From contig CAUZCF010000002.1 of NCBI GenBank assembly GCA_963578425.1, positions 1-38,493 of the forward strand: 38,493 nt of DNA. The letters are read 5' to 3'. This DNA is from Gammaproteobacteria bacterium. GTDB lineage: Bacteria; Pseudomonadota; Gammaproteobacteria; Steroidobacterales; UBA11654. This document shows, piece by piece, positions 1-9,883 of the stretch; within the stretch, counting starts at the first letter, position 1; each line of letters starts with the position of its first letter. A program made the position numbers and the translations under genes. The notes under the pieces are model-generated. The model did no database searches. It saw only the letters and a list, made by a program, of their open reading frames with translations, and was not told the DNA's origin.

Positions 1-133
1 AGGCACCTGGTACAGCGAATAAGGCAACCCGTTTTCCTTCAAACAGCTCTGAGTAGCCTAAAGGCTTGGGACCTTCATCGGTCATAATTGTAAAATTCAC
101 GTTTGGTACTTGATCTCCTACACTTACGGTCAT
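1..133 (-). CDS. Peroxiredoxin, Prx5-like / atypical 2-Cys type (N-terminal fragment; gene runs off the left edge)
   Basis: The reverse complement of 1-133 starts at ATG (133-131) and reads MTVSVGDQVPNVNFTIMTDEGPKPLGYSELFEGKRVALFAVPGA. This is the typical Prx5-family N-terminus, ending at the start of the PGAFTPTC active-site motif. It is absent from the ORF track because there is no stop in the window. Confidence 0.75.
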   Translation of the reverse strand, partial: MTVSVGDQVPNVNFTIMTDEGPKPLGYSELFEGKRVALFAVPGA

Positions 134-194
134 TATTTTCTCCTTGATTATCTTAAGATTTAATTATTAAAAATTTATTTTATTACACTAGGCT

Positions 195-1454
195 TTATTC
201 AACCATAAATAATGCTATTTCAGGTATGAAAGATACCATCATTAATCCAGTGAGCATAATTAATAGAAAAGGTATGGTGGCTTTGCAAACGGTCCAGAAT
301 TTTTCCTTAAAGACCCCCATAGCAACTATTAAATTTAGTCCTAATGGTGGCGTTAAATAGCCTATTTCTAAATTCATGACCATTATAATTCCAAAATGTA
401 CAGGATCGATGCCTTGAGAGCTTGCTATGGGGCCAAGCATCGGAGCAAGAATAAGGATTGCTGAACCGATATCGATTATGCAACCTATCAAGAGAAGAAA
501 TAGATTAATGGTTAGCAGTGCTGTTGTTGGGTCATTTATTCTTTGACTCATCCAAGCCACAAGATTTTGGGGGACTTCTTCGTAAGTAAGGAAAACATTT
601 AAGCTCAAAGCAATCATCAGCACTGGAAATAACGAACCTAAAAGTTTAGTTGTTTCTGATATAACCTCAAAAAGCACATTCAATTTCATTTCTTTATGAA
701 TAAATGTTTCAACAATAATAGAATAAACCACCGCAACTGCAGCAGACTCAGTGGCAGTAAAATAACCGGTGTAAATTCCCCCCAATATAATAATAGGCAT
801 TAACAAAGCCCATACACCGCTTCTTAGTGACTTAAGGATATAACTAAGATCCCAATTACTGTCACGATGTGAAAAATTTTGCATCATGGCGTAACCAAGC
901 ATTAAGATTGTTAATAGCAAAGCAGGTCCTATACCAGCAATAAATAAATCCCCTATTGAGGTTTGTGTCATGATCCCATAGAGAATTAATGGAATGCTAG
1001 GCGGCACAACAATACCTAGTGTTCCTGCTGCACATAAGGCGCCCAAGGCAAAACTTTTTGGATAACCAGCATTTATTAGTGCCGGGTACATGAGTGTTCC
1101 TATTGCAAGCAAGGTGACTGTTCCAGAACCAGATACTGCAGCAAATGCAGCACATGAAAGAATGGTTGCAATAGCCAGACCACCCGGTATAGGGGCAGTC
1201 AGAGATTTCATTAAATCTATGAATCTAGAAGCCATTCCTCCTCGAGACATTATATTCCCAGCAAGAATAAATAAGGGTATTGATAAGAGAATATCTTTGT
1301 TTGCTGCATCCCAAGCGTCCACAACTATATTACTGATGACACCGTCACCAAAAGCCCAATAGGCGTAAGCAGTTGCAGTGCCAAGAATTACGATAATATT
1401 TTGTCTTAGTAAGAAAAGAACAATGACAATAACAGCTAATAAAAAAGTGGTCAT
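195..1454 (-). CDS. dctM: TRAP transporter large permease subunit (DctM family)
   Basis: 419-aa polytopic membrane protein of typical DctM length and composition. Its start overlaps the dctQ stop (ATGA at 1451-1454). Confidence 0.9.
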   Translation of the reverse strand: MTTFLLAVIVIVLFLLRQNIIVILGTATAYAYWAFGDGVISNIVVDAWDAANKDILLSIPLFILAGNIMSRGGMASRFIDLMKSLTAPIPGGLAIATILSCAAFAAVSGSGTVTLLAIGTLMYPALINAGYPKSFALGALCAAGTLGIVVPPSIPLILYGIMTQTSIGDLFIAGIGPALLLTILMLGYAMMQNFSHRDSNWDLSYILKSLRSGVWALLMPIIILGGIYTGYFTATESAAVAVVYSIIVETFIHKEMKLNVLFEVISETTKLLGSLFPVLMIALSLNVFLTYEEVPQNLVAWMSQRINDPTTALLTINLFLLLIGCIIDIGSAILILAPMLGPIASSQGIDPVHFGIIMVMNLEIGYLTPPLGLNLIVAMGVFKEKFWTVCKATIPFLLIMLTGLMMVSFIPEIALFMVE

Positions 1455-1996
1455 TGCGTTTCCTTTAAAAAGTTACCATCATTTATTGGGATAACAGGTC
1501 TTAAATTCGGATAGATTGTATAAATTAAATGCCTTATTGATGTCATAAAAAAAGCTACTGGAATAATCGCTTGAAAAGGCCATATAGCTATTCTTAGAAC
1601 TATTGATTGGACATCGTCATTAAATGTTTCAATAACCACTTGTGTGGCTACAATTGAGAACAATAAGCAAAATAAACACATCAATCCTTCTTGAAATCTC
1701 TCAAGAATAGGATTCCATGATACTGGTAACCAATGATCAGCAAATTTTGGCCTTAGATGTGCAGCCTCTGATGAGGCTACTCCTAAACCAAACATGACGA
1801 CAAATAAGTTAGCATAAACACCTATTTGTCTAGACCAATGTAATCCCGTTCCACTGAGTTCTCTGATAGCAACATCAGCAAATATCACTACAACCAGAAC
1901 TAAAAATGCAGTAAAGGTTATCCATTTTTCAATCAGGGTTAATTTGTTTAATATCTTTTTTGCCATCATATTAATCTGGGATAAATCATAAATCAT
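1451..1996 (-). CDS. dctQ: TRAP transporter small permease subunit (DctQ family)
   Basis: 181-aa protein with 4 predicted TM segments, immediately upstream of and translationally coupled to dctM. Confidence 0.85.
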   Translation of the reverse strand: MIYDLSQINMMAKKILNKLTLIEKWITFTAFLVLVVVIFADVAIRELSGTGLHWSRQIGVYANLFVVMFGLGVASSEAAHLRPKFADHWLPVSWNPILERFQEGLMCLFCLLFSIVATQVVIETFNDDVQSIVLRIAIWPFQAIIPVAFFMTSIRHLIYTIYPNLRPVIPINDGNFLKETQ

Positions 1997-2038
1997 TGTA
2001 AACTATGAGTTATAAAAATATGAAGAAATGAGGTGATT

Positions 2039-3544
2039 ATGTCGGTTGACCAAAAGATCAATATCTCTGATGAGGCAAAAAACTTTCTAAATTCAGATCA
2101 TCAACTTTTAATTGATGGAAGTTGGGTTAAATCCAAATCATCTGAGAAAATTCCTGTCTACGATCCAGCTTCAGAAGATTTACTAGCCGAGGTGGATTCA
2201 GGTAACGCTGAAGACATAGATGCAGCTGTTACCTCTGCTAGGAAAGCATTGACAGGTGAATGGTCAAAAATCCCTTCACATGATCGAGCAAGTATTCTTA
2301 ATGGATTAGCTGATCAAATAGAATCTAAGTTTGATATTTTATCTGAACTCGAAGTTTTAGATAATGGAATGCCTCTGACATTAGCACAATATTCAATTGC
2401 AAGTCATGGAACCACACTATTAAGGTATTACGCCAGTTGGGCTAATAAAATTCATGGGAGCACTATTCCAGTATCTCCAGGAGGGGTAATGAACGGTGAG
2501 TCTATTACCTATACTCGACGAGAACCAATTGGCGTTGTTGGTGCCATTATTCCTTGGAATTCTCCGTTAATTTTTGCAATTCTGAAATTAGCCCCAGCAC
2601 TTGCTGCTGGGTGTACAGTGATATTAAAACCTGCAGAATTGACACCATTGACTGCTCTTTATTTAGGTGAACTTATTCAGGATTCTGCTATTCCTAAAGG
2701 CGTCGTAAACATAGTAACAGGGTATGGTGAAAGCGCAGGAGCAGCCTTAGCAAAACACCCTGATGTGGATAAGATTACTTTTACTGGATCCACAGAAGTG
2801 GGAAAGAAAATTGTAGAAGCTTCTATAGGAAATTTAAAGAAAGTCACCCTAGAGTTGGGCGGTAAAAATCCAGTCGTTGTTTTTCCTGATGCCGATTTGG
2901 AGAAAGTCATTCCTGGAGCAGCTAGAGCTTGTTTCTTTCTCCAAGGGCAAAATTGTATGGCTGGTACAAGGCTTTTTGTTCATGAGGATATCTACGAAGC
3001 AGTTATTAATGGTGTTAAAGAAATGGCTGAAGCCTTTACAATTGGTCATGGACTTATACCCGCAAATGATTTTGGCCCTTTGATTTCAGAAGTACAAAAA
3101 AATCGTGTCTTAGACTATATCCAGATAGGAAAAGAAGAAGGTGCAGATCTTATAACTGGCGGTGAAGCAGTGGGCGATAAAGGCCATTTTGTGCAACCAA
3201 CAATCTTTGCAAATGTTCGAGGAGATATGAGAATAGCCAAAGAAGAAATATTTGGCCCAGTACTCTGTGCTGAATCGTTTAGTGATGATGATTTTGAATC
3301 AATTGCTAAGCGTGCAAATGATACCAATTATGGGCTCTCAGGAAGTGTTTGGTCTCAAGACATATCAACTGCTCACAAAATGGCGATGTTAATTGATGCC
3401 GGTCAGGTTAGTATTAATTGCCATGCTGCAGTAGACCCTGCTATCCCATTTGGAGGAAATAAACAATCAGGCTGGGGAAGAGAATTTGGTCAAGAAGGCT
3501 TGGATCCTTATCTTAAAACAAAAGCCACAACAGTTATTTTTTAA
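2039..3544 (+). CDS. NAD(P)+-dependent aldehyde dehydrogenase
   Basis: ALDH superfamily motifs are present: ELGGKNP (catalytic Glu), GQNCMAGTR (catalytic Cys), FTGSTEVGK. I prefer ATG 2039 (GAGG at 2030-2033, 5-nt spacer) over the track's GTG 2033, which overlaps the SD. Confidence 0.92.
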   Translation: MSVDQKINISDEAKNFLNSDHQLLIDGSWVKSKSSEKIPVYDPASEDLLAEVDSGNAEDIDAAVTSARKALTGEWSKIPSHDRASILNGLADQIESKFDILSELEVLDNGMPLTLAQYSIASHGTTLLRYYASWANKIHGSTIPVSPGGVMNGESITYTRREPIGVVGAIIPWNSPLIFAILKLAPALAAGCTVILKPAELTPLTALYLGELIQDSAIPKGVVNIVTGYGESAGAALAKHPDVDKITFTGSTEVGKKIVEASIGNLKKVTLELGGKNPVVVFPDADLEKVIPGAARACFFLQGQNCMAGTRLFVHEDIYEAVINGVKEMAEAFTIGHGLIPANDFGPLISEVQKNRVLDYIQIGKEEGADLITGGEAVGDKGHFVQPTIFANVRGDMRIAKEEIFGPVLCAESFSDDDFESIAKRANDTNYGLSGSVWSQDISTAHKMAMLIDAGQVSINCHAAVDPAIPFGGNKQSGWGREFGQEGLDPYLKTKATTVIF

Positions 3545-3547
3545 TTT

Positions 3548-4258
3548 TTACCAAGACACCTCTTTACCAAAACGATCTAAGAACATTCCAGAATTTTTAG
3601 AGGTTATCTTTTCAAACATTTCTTGTTGTTTTTCAACACTCTCATCGGGTTGAATCTCTGCTTCCTCTCCTCCTAAATAAGTTTTACACCATCCGGGAGC
3701 TAAGGCTATAACTGAAAGATCTTTCCAATCAACTGACATGCCCTTTGAAATGATATTTAATGCCGCTTTACTAGCTCGATAGGAGTAAAATCCTCCAAAA
3801 GTATTTTGTTCAACAGAGCCTAAGTCACTGGACATCATAACCAATAGTTTTTTTTCACTTTGTGCAATATGGTCATGAAATGCTGTAGCCACTTTAAATG
3901 GAGAGAGTAGATTTACTTCTAAAATATTTCTCCATATTTCATAATCCATATTATCAATCTTTTGATAAGCCATGGCTCCAGGCATACCTAATGGACCACT
4001 CGTCCCTGCATTATTGATTAAAATATCTATAGGGGTGTTTTTAAATTTTCTGCTGAGCTTATCAATGTCTTGGTGATTAACTACATTAAGCTGTTCAATA
4101 ATGAAATTATCCCCATATTCAGCACAAAGTTCTTGAAGCTTATTAGCTTTTTCAGGCTCTCTGGCGCAAGCAATAATTTTCCAACCTTTATGGGCATATT
4201 GCTTGACATGCTCATATCCAAGACCCCTATTGGCACCTGTAACAAATACTGTGGGCAT
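3548..4258 (-). CDS. Short-chain dehydrogenase/reductase (SDR) family oxidoreductase
   Basis: N-terminal TGANRGLG cofactor motif and YSYRASK (YxxxK) catalytic motif; 236 aa. Confidence 0.88.
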   Translation of the reverse strand: MPTVFVTGANRGLGYEHVKQYAHKGWKIIACAREPEKANKLQELCAEYGDNFIIEQLNVVNHQDIDKLSRKFKNTPIDILINNAGTSGPLGMPGAMAYQKIDNMDYEIWRNILEVNLLSPFKVATAFHDHIAQSEKKLLVMMSSDLGSVEQNTFGGFYSYRASKAALNIISKGMSVDWKDLSVIALAPGWCKTYLGGEEAEIQPDESVEKQQEMFEKITSKNSGMFLDRFGKEVSW

Positions 4259-4343
4259 GTTATTCTCCTTTATAAGCTATTAATATGCTGATCATAATAT
4301 CAATAAATAAAATTTGATAATCATATATAAATGAGGAAATCAG

Positions 4344-4928
4344 ATGTCACAACCTAAATATTTGTCGGCTTTGAGTGTGAATGAAAACCCAGAGACAAAA
4401 CATTTAAAGCAAGAAACTCAAGACTATTTTGATGAATGCACTAAAAAACTTGGTTTTGTGCCTAATGTTTTACTTGCCTATGCTTATGATGAGTCAAAAT
4501 TAGATCATTTTATGGGTTTTTATAATAACCTAATGCTTGATGATTCTGGTCTAACTAAACTAGAAAGAGAGATGATAGCTGTGGTGGTCTCTTCATATAA
4601 CCGTTGTTATTATTGTATTGTGGCTCATGGTGCTGCAGTTCGTCATATGTCTAAGGACCCGGCACTGGGAGAGTTATTGTCGATGAATTACCGTGCTGCA
4701 CAATTATCAGATCGACATCAATCAATGTTAGATTTTTCATGGAAACTATCAGAATCACCAGAAAAGATTATTGAAGCTGACAGACAGGTATTAAGAGATA
4801 ATGGATTTAATGATCAGGATATTTGGGATATTTCAGCTGTGGCTTCATTTTATAATATGAGTAACAGAATGGCTTTAGCAATAGATCTTATGCCAAATAC
4901 TGATTATCATTCAAAAGCTAGAGGATAA
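4344..4928 (+). CDS. Carboxymuconolactone decarboxylase / AhpD-like peroxidase-related protein
   Basis: 194 aa with the CxxC-His motif RCYYCIVAHG characteristic of the AhpD/CMD fold. GAGGAAA SD upstream. Confidence 0.8.
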   Translation: MSQPKYLSALSVNENPETKHLKQETQDYFDECTKKLGFVPNVLLAYAYDESKLDHFMGFYNNLMLDDSGLTKLEREMIAVVVSSYNRCYYCIVAHGAAVRHMSKDPALGELLSMNYRAAQLSDRHQSMLDFSWKLSESPEKIIEADRQVLRDNGFNDQDIWDISAVASFYNMSNRMALAIDLMPNTDYHSKARG

Positions 4929-4932
4929 ATTA

Positions 4933-5760
4933 ATGGATAAAGAATTCACAAAAGAACTAATGGGTTACCTGATTGAGGTAGGCAGTACTATCGGATTGAG
5001 CCTTCTTTTTGCTCTAGCTATTCTTGTCATCGGGCGACAAATAGTAAAAATACTCATAAGAGTTATCTCTGTAGCATTAGAGAAATCAAAGACAGAAGAC
5101 ACAGTAAGGATTTTTGTAACTAATCTACTCAACACATTGTTGATGATTGTGGTTTTTATTGCTGCAATAAATCAGCTTGGGATAGAAACCACTTCAATTA
5201 TTGCGATATTAGGTGCTGCTGGATTAGCTATCGGTCTATCTCTGCAAGGTTCTTTAGCTAATTTTGCCGCGGGTATTTTAATAGTCGTTTATAGGCCTTA
5301 TAAGGTTGGTGATTTTATAGAAGCAGGAAGCCATGCTGGAACCGTTAAGGATATTCAAATTTTCTCAACAGTGCTCACAACCCCAGATAATAAAATTGTC
5401 GTGGTACCTAATGGCAGCATTATGAATGGAAGTATTGTTAATTATTCAGGTCAGAAAACTAGAAGGATCGATATCATAGCCAGTTGTAGTTATGAAGATG
5501 ATATAGATAAGGTTAAAATTGTTTTAGAAGATATCATTAATAATGAGTCGAGAATATTAAAGGATCCAAAGCCACAAATCGCTGTGTCAGAGTTAGCTGA
5601 CAGTAGCGTAAACTTTATAGTCAGGCCATGGGTTAATTCTTCAGATGTTCTTGCAGTTAAGTATTCTCTTCTAGAGCAGATAAAAAAGAGCTTTGATAAA
5701 GAAGGTTTATCTATTCCATATCCACAAACAGATGTTCATATTCATAATAAGGAGGCATAA
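4933..5760 (+). CDS. mscS: Small-conductance mechanosensitive channel (MscS family)
   Basis: 275 aa: three N-terminal TM helices, then the conserved MscS beta-domain (YRPYKVGDFIE...GTVKDIQIFSTVLTTPDNKIVVVPNG). GAGGA SD 7 nt upstream. Confidence 0.9.
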   Translation: MDKEFTKELMGYLIEVGSTIGLSLLFALAILVIGRQIVKILIRVISVALEKSKTEDTVRIFVTNLLNTLLMIVVFIAAINQLGIETTSIIAILGAAGLAIGLSLQGSLANFAAGILIVVYRPYKVGDFIEAGSHAGTVKDIQIFSTVLTTPDNKIVVVPNGSIMNGSIVNYSGQKTRRIDIIASCSYEDDIDKVKIVLEDIINNESRILKDPKPQIAVSELADSSVNFIVRPWVNSSDVLAVKYSLLEQIKKSFDKEGLSIPYPQTDVHIHNKEA

Positions 5761-5787
5761 CATTAAAGTTATGCCCCTTATTTTCTT
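5754..5787 (+). terminator. Rho-independent terminator candidate for mscS
   Basis: 8-bp perfect stem GGCATAAC (5754-5761) / GTTATGCC (5768-5775) with loop ATTAAA, followed by CCTTATTTTCTT. It overlaps the mscS stop codon. Confidence 0.55.
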
Positions 5788-5790
5788 AGA

Positions 5791-7674
5791 TTAAGAAGCT
5801 GCTTTTACCCAAGTTTGAAATATTGGATCAGATGGAGCATCAAGCCCTGTCTCTTCTTTACAACGTTTTTTAAGTTCAGCAATATTTTCAAAACCTTTGT
5901 CAAACAATTTTGTTTTGCCCCTGGCTTTAGACATTTTTGCTCTTAATTTAGTTGTAGCGGCTTTACTGACACTATAATCAGGTTTTACAACCACACCATA
6001 ATTATCTTTAGCACCATTTCTTGTTAGCAATCCTGCTTCTACATCAAAAGCAACTCTTTCAGCAGGTCTCGTGAATGGATCTCCCCAACCGCCACCACCC
6101 CATGTGACATGATAAAGTGTGTCGCCTTCATGGACTTGGACCCTATCGCATTTTGAGGGAAGAATTTCAGTATCACCATTTTTTCGTACTAATGTTTTAG
6201 TGCTTCTAGCACCTGGATGTCCACCATTTACACCCCATGGGTAAGTGAGCCATCGGTCATCATGTATGGATACATTACCTGGTTCTAAAAATTTATAAGT
6301 GGTAGCTAAAGCATTTCCTCCACGATAGAAGCCTGCTCCTCCTGAATCAGGAACGGTATAGTATTCTTCTATTATTAAGGGGAAATAACTCTCAAGAAAT
6401 TCGTTAGGCACATTGGTAAAGCTGGGCCATAGAGAGTGACCATCAGGACCATCTCCCATTGGTTTCGCAGGAACACCACCAAATCCAATCATATAGAGTT
6501 GATACCATTCACCATGTTTATCATAGCCTGAATACATTAAATGCGGACTGTCTGAGAATCCTGCTGCACAGAGGAAGTCAGGAGCTCCCTGTCCTAATAA
6601 TCCACCAAGTACATCAAATATTCTTCCTAATGCATGAGTTCTGCATGAAAGAGCTGCAGGGTATTTTGGTTTTAATATACTGCCCTCTGGGATTCTTACT
6701 TCCATGAGGTCATAAAAACCATCATTAAACATAATTGCAGGGTCAAACACCATAATCATATATACGCCACAAAACATTTTAAACATCTCTTCATTTAAGA
6801 AGAAATTAATTGAACTGGTTGATTGGGGATCAGTTCCTTCGAAATCAAAAATAACTTTATCGCCTTTTCTCCACATAGCACATTTGATTTTGTAAGGACC
6901 CATTTCCAGGCCATCATCACAAATGTAGTCTTCAAAGTATTGTTTTTGAGTGGGCACTGTTGTTTTAATCAGTTTGGCCATCGCTTTTTTGTTACGATCT
7001 AGAAGTTCTTCTAATGCAGAGTAATAAACGTTATCACCAAATCTTTCTGCCGCTTCAATAACTCTTTTTTCTGCTGTTCTAATTGACGCTACAATGGCAT
7101 TAAAATCACTTCTATTCCATTGAGGTAATCTGCAGTTATGCAATATTAGTTCAAGCATATCTTCCTGAAGCACGTCTTTTTTGTAAATTTTTGTTGGCGG
7201 GATTCTAATGCCTTCTTCAAAAATCTCTGTTGCATCTGTCGGTAAACTTCCAGGAACTTTTCCACCCACATCAGTCATATGACCAAACATAGCAGCATAA
7301 CTGATCAGTCTTCCATCTTTAAAAATGGGTCTAAGAAGAAGCCAATCATTATTATGACTGACCGCACCATTGCAAGAATAAGGATCACTGGTAAGGAACA
7401 TATCACCTTCTTCAATAGTCCCCTCAAAAGCTTCTTTAAAGCCATGAATAAAGCTACCAAATTGGCCCACGACCATTTTACCTTCAAGATTGGCAATCAT
7501 TGGAAACTCATCACCCTGTTCCCTTATTCCTGGGGACATAGCAGTTCTGAATAACACTGCATCCATTTCCCATCTGGCTGAGAACATTGCATTTTCTATT
7601 ACATCAAGAGTAATAGGATCAAGTTTAACTTTCTTGAATGGTTTATCGTTTGTTTGAATTAATTTTGCTGTCAT
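5791..7674 (-). CDS. hyuB: Hydantoinase B / oxoprolinase family protein (HyuB-type catalytic subunit)
   Basis: 627 aa. N-terminal DPITLDVIENA... signature of the HyuB family. Sits 11 nt downstream of hyuA on the same strand. Confidence 0.88.
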   Translation of the reverse strand: MTAKLIQTNDKPFKKVKLDPITLDVIENAMFSARWEMDAVLFRTAMSPGIREQGDEFPMIANLEGKMVVGQFGSFIHGFKEAFEGTIEEGDMFLTSDPYSCNGAVSHNNDWLLLRPIFKDGRLISYAAMFGHMTDVGGKVPGSLPTDATEIFEEGIRIPPTKIYKKDVLQEDMLELILHNCRLPQWNRSDFNAIVASIRTAEKRVIEAAERFGDNVYYSALEELLDRNKKAMAKLIKTTVPTQKQYFEDYICDDGLEMGPYKIKCAMWRKGDKVIFDFEGTDPQSTSSINFFLNEEMFKMFCGVYMIMVFDPAIMFNDGFYDLMEVRIPEGSILKPKYPAALSCRTHALGRIFDVLGGLLGQGAPDFLCAAGFSDSPHLMYSGYDKHGEWYQLYMIGFGGVPAKPMGDGPDGHSLWPSFTNVPNEFLESYFPLIIEEYYTVPDSGGAGFYRGGNALATTYKFLEPGNVSIHDDRWLTYPWGVNGGHPGARSTKTLVRKNGDTEILPSKCDRVQVHEGDTLYHVTWGGGGWGDPFTRPAERVAFDVEAGLLTRNGAKDNYGVVVKPDYSVSKAATTKLRAKMSKARGKTKLFDKGFENIAELKKRCKEETGLDAPSDPIFQTWVKAAS

Positions 7675-7685
7675 TTCTTACTCCC

Positions 7686-9755
7686 TTAAGCGTTTGGGTT
7701 AATTAGAATGTTGCCAAATTTATCAACTCGACCATTATGTCCTGATAAAATTAGTGTCGTTGAATCGAACTCAATCACAATTGCTGGACCTTGGACAACA
7801 TTGCCTTGTTTTAATAGTGAGCGTCTGTAAATCGTAGCTATTTGTTTTTTTCCTTCCATAAAGACTTCAGCATTATCATCAATGATTGATTTTTTAGTAG
7901 GCTCTTTGCTGCCTCTACCAACCGAAGGAGCTTTTATACTTAATGCTTTATCTTTTACTACAGCCCTAAGGTTTACTAATTCTTGTTCAGCATCCAAGGA
8001 GAATGTAAAGAGTTGTTCATGCTGAACATCGAATTTATCTCCGATAGCACTAAGTCCTTTCTTTTTGAGATCCGATAACTCAAAGTCTACTGTGATAGTA
8101 AGACCTTGACCATGATATCTGATATCAACTTGAAAAGAGGTTGTTCTATCTTTCTTAGGAGAACCTTCTGCATCTAACGTTTTAGACGCTTTCTTTTCAA
8201 GATCAGTAAAGATCTTTACTACTTCTTGTTTATTGGTGTCTTTAAACTTTCTAATAAACGACATAGACGATTCATCTTGAATATTAGTTGTTACATCACC
8301 ATAAGCACATAGTACTCCTGGACCGGGCGGTATGATGACTGGCCAAGAATTAATAAGTTTGCCAAGAGCATTAGCATGCAATGGACCGGCTCCACCAAAA
8401 CCAATTAGGGCAAACTCTCTTGGATCATATCCTTTCTCAACAGAAACCAATCGAAGTGCACCATACATAGTTTCATTTACAATATCGATGATACCTGCTG
8501 CGGCTTTATTGACGGATAATCCTAACGCACTGGCTATAGGTTTTACTGAGTCTTGAGCTAGATCTTTCCTTAGTTTCCATTCCGAGTCTCCACCCAATTC
8601 AACTCCTGGCATATAACCTAGGACTACATTGGCATCAGTTACTGTGGGTTCGGTACCCCCTTTGTTATAAGCTGCTGGACCAGGTTCTGCTCCTGCACTT
8701 TGAGGCCCCACTCTTAATGCACCAGTTAGTTCAGGTACATGGGCAATAGAACCTCCTCCTGCACCTACTGTTCTTACATCAACAGAGGAAGCACGGACAG
8801 TCACATCTCCTACGGATGTTTCTCTACTTTGTTCTGCGATTCCATCTTTGACCAGTGACACATCTGTGGATGTTCCACCCATATCAAAAGTTAGAATATT
8901 TTCAAAACCAGCTTGTTTAGCAATCCAAATAGCACCAGATACACCTCCTGCAGGTCCACTCATTAAAAGATTTACGGGTGAGTCTGAAGTTGCTTTTGCA
9001 GATGCTAATCCACCGTCTGATCTTAGAATCTGTAACTTGATGTCTTTTCTCATTTTCTTCAAACCATTTTGAAGATTTTTAACGTACTCAGCTACTTTTG
9101 GTCTGACATATGAGTTAGCTACAGTCGTTATTGTTCTTTCATACTCCTGCATTTCTGGAACGACTTCTGAGGAAAGAGAAACAGGAATCTTAGGTAATAA
9201 TTTCTTCTTCCTTATTTGTGACTTAATTTCTTTTTCATGTTGATCATTAGCGTATGAATTAATTAATGACACTGTTATTGCTTCAACACCTTTTTTTGAT
9301 AATTCCTTAATATCTTTAGCCAATTGGCCTCTCTTAAGTTTTGAAAGCACTTCACCTTTTGCCGACATTCTTTCATCAGCTTCAATAGTTAGAGCTAATG
9401 GTGCTAAAGGATCACTTTTATTATAGATAACCCAACCACCCAATCCACCTGGTACAAAAGATCTGGCGATCTGAAGAACCTGGCGATAGCCTTTTGTTGT
9501 AATCAGACCTACTTTTGCACCTGTGCCAGTAAGAATAGTATTCGTTGCTACTGTGGTGCCGTGCATTACTGAGGTAATGTCTGAGGGATCTATCTCAGCG
9601 ATTGAACAGACTTTAGTAATACCATTAAAAACTCCAATCGATGAATCTTCCGGAGTACTGGGTACTTTGGCAGTATGAAGGTCTCCTGATTTTTCATTTA
9701 CAAGTAGAAGGTCAGTGAAAGTTCCTCCTACATCAACACCTAGTCGATAGCTCAT
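7686..9755 (-). CDS. hyuA: Hydantoinase A / oxoprolinase family protein (HyuA-type ATP-binding subunit)
   Basis: 689 aa. N-terminal LGVDVGGTFTDLLLV and internal FDMGGTSTDVSL ASKHA-type ATPase phosphate-binding motifs. AGGAG SD. Confidence 0.9.
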   Translation of the reverse strand: MSYRLGVDVGGTFTDLLLVNEKSGDLHTAKVPSTPEDSSIGVFNGITKVCSIAEIDPSDITSVMHGTTVATNTILTGTGAKVGLITTKGYRQVLQIARSFVPGGLGGWVIYNKSDPLAPLALTIEADERMSAKGEVLSKLKRGQLAKDIKELSKKGVEAITVSLINSYANDQHEKEIKSQIRKKKLLPKIPVSLSSEVVPEMQEYERTITTVANSYVRPKVAEYVKNLQNGLKKMRKDIKLQILRSDGGLASAKATSDSPVNLLMSGPAGGVSGAIWIAKQAGFENILTFDMGGTSTDVSLVKDGIAEQSRETSVGDVTVRASSVDVRTVGAGGGSIAHVPELTGALRVGPQSAGAEPGPAAYNKGGTEPTVTDANVVLGYMPGVELGGDSEWKLRKDLAQDSVKPIASALGLSVNKAAAGIIDIVNETMYGALRLVSVEKGYDPREFALIGFGGAGPLHANALGKLINSWPVIIPPGPGVLCAYGDVTTNIQDESSMSFIRKFKDTNKQEVVKIFTDLEKKASKTLDAEGSPKKDRTTSFQVDIRYHGQGLTITVDFELSDLKKKGLSAIGDKFDVQHEQLFTFSLDAEQELVNLRAVVKDKALSIKAPSVGRGSKEPTKKSIIDDNAEVFMEGKKQIATIYRRSLLKQGNVVQGPAIVIEFDSTTLILSGHNGRVDKFGNILINPNA

Positions 9756-9883
9756 AATAACTCCTAATTTTTTATTTACATTTAGAAAGAAAGAATAGAC
9801 CTAAAATTTCTTTCAAATGATTCTTGATCTCTTACTAATTTTTAAAATCATATTAATTAAAAACTTGACTGCTAATAATACTT

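Noticed and set aside
5791-9755. Calling hyuA/hyuB an acetone carboxylase or a 5-oxoprolinase specifically.
   Set aside because: No small gamma-subunit ORF (needed for acetone/acetophenone carboxylases) is present next to the pair. Nothing in the raw sequence lets me assign the substrate, so I kept the call at family level.
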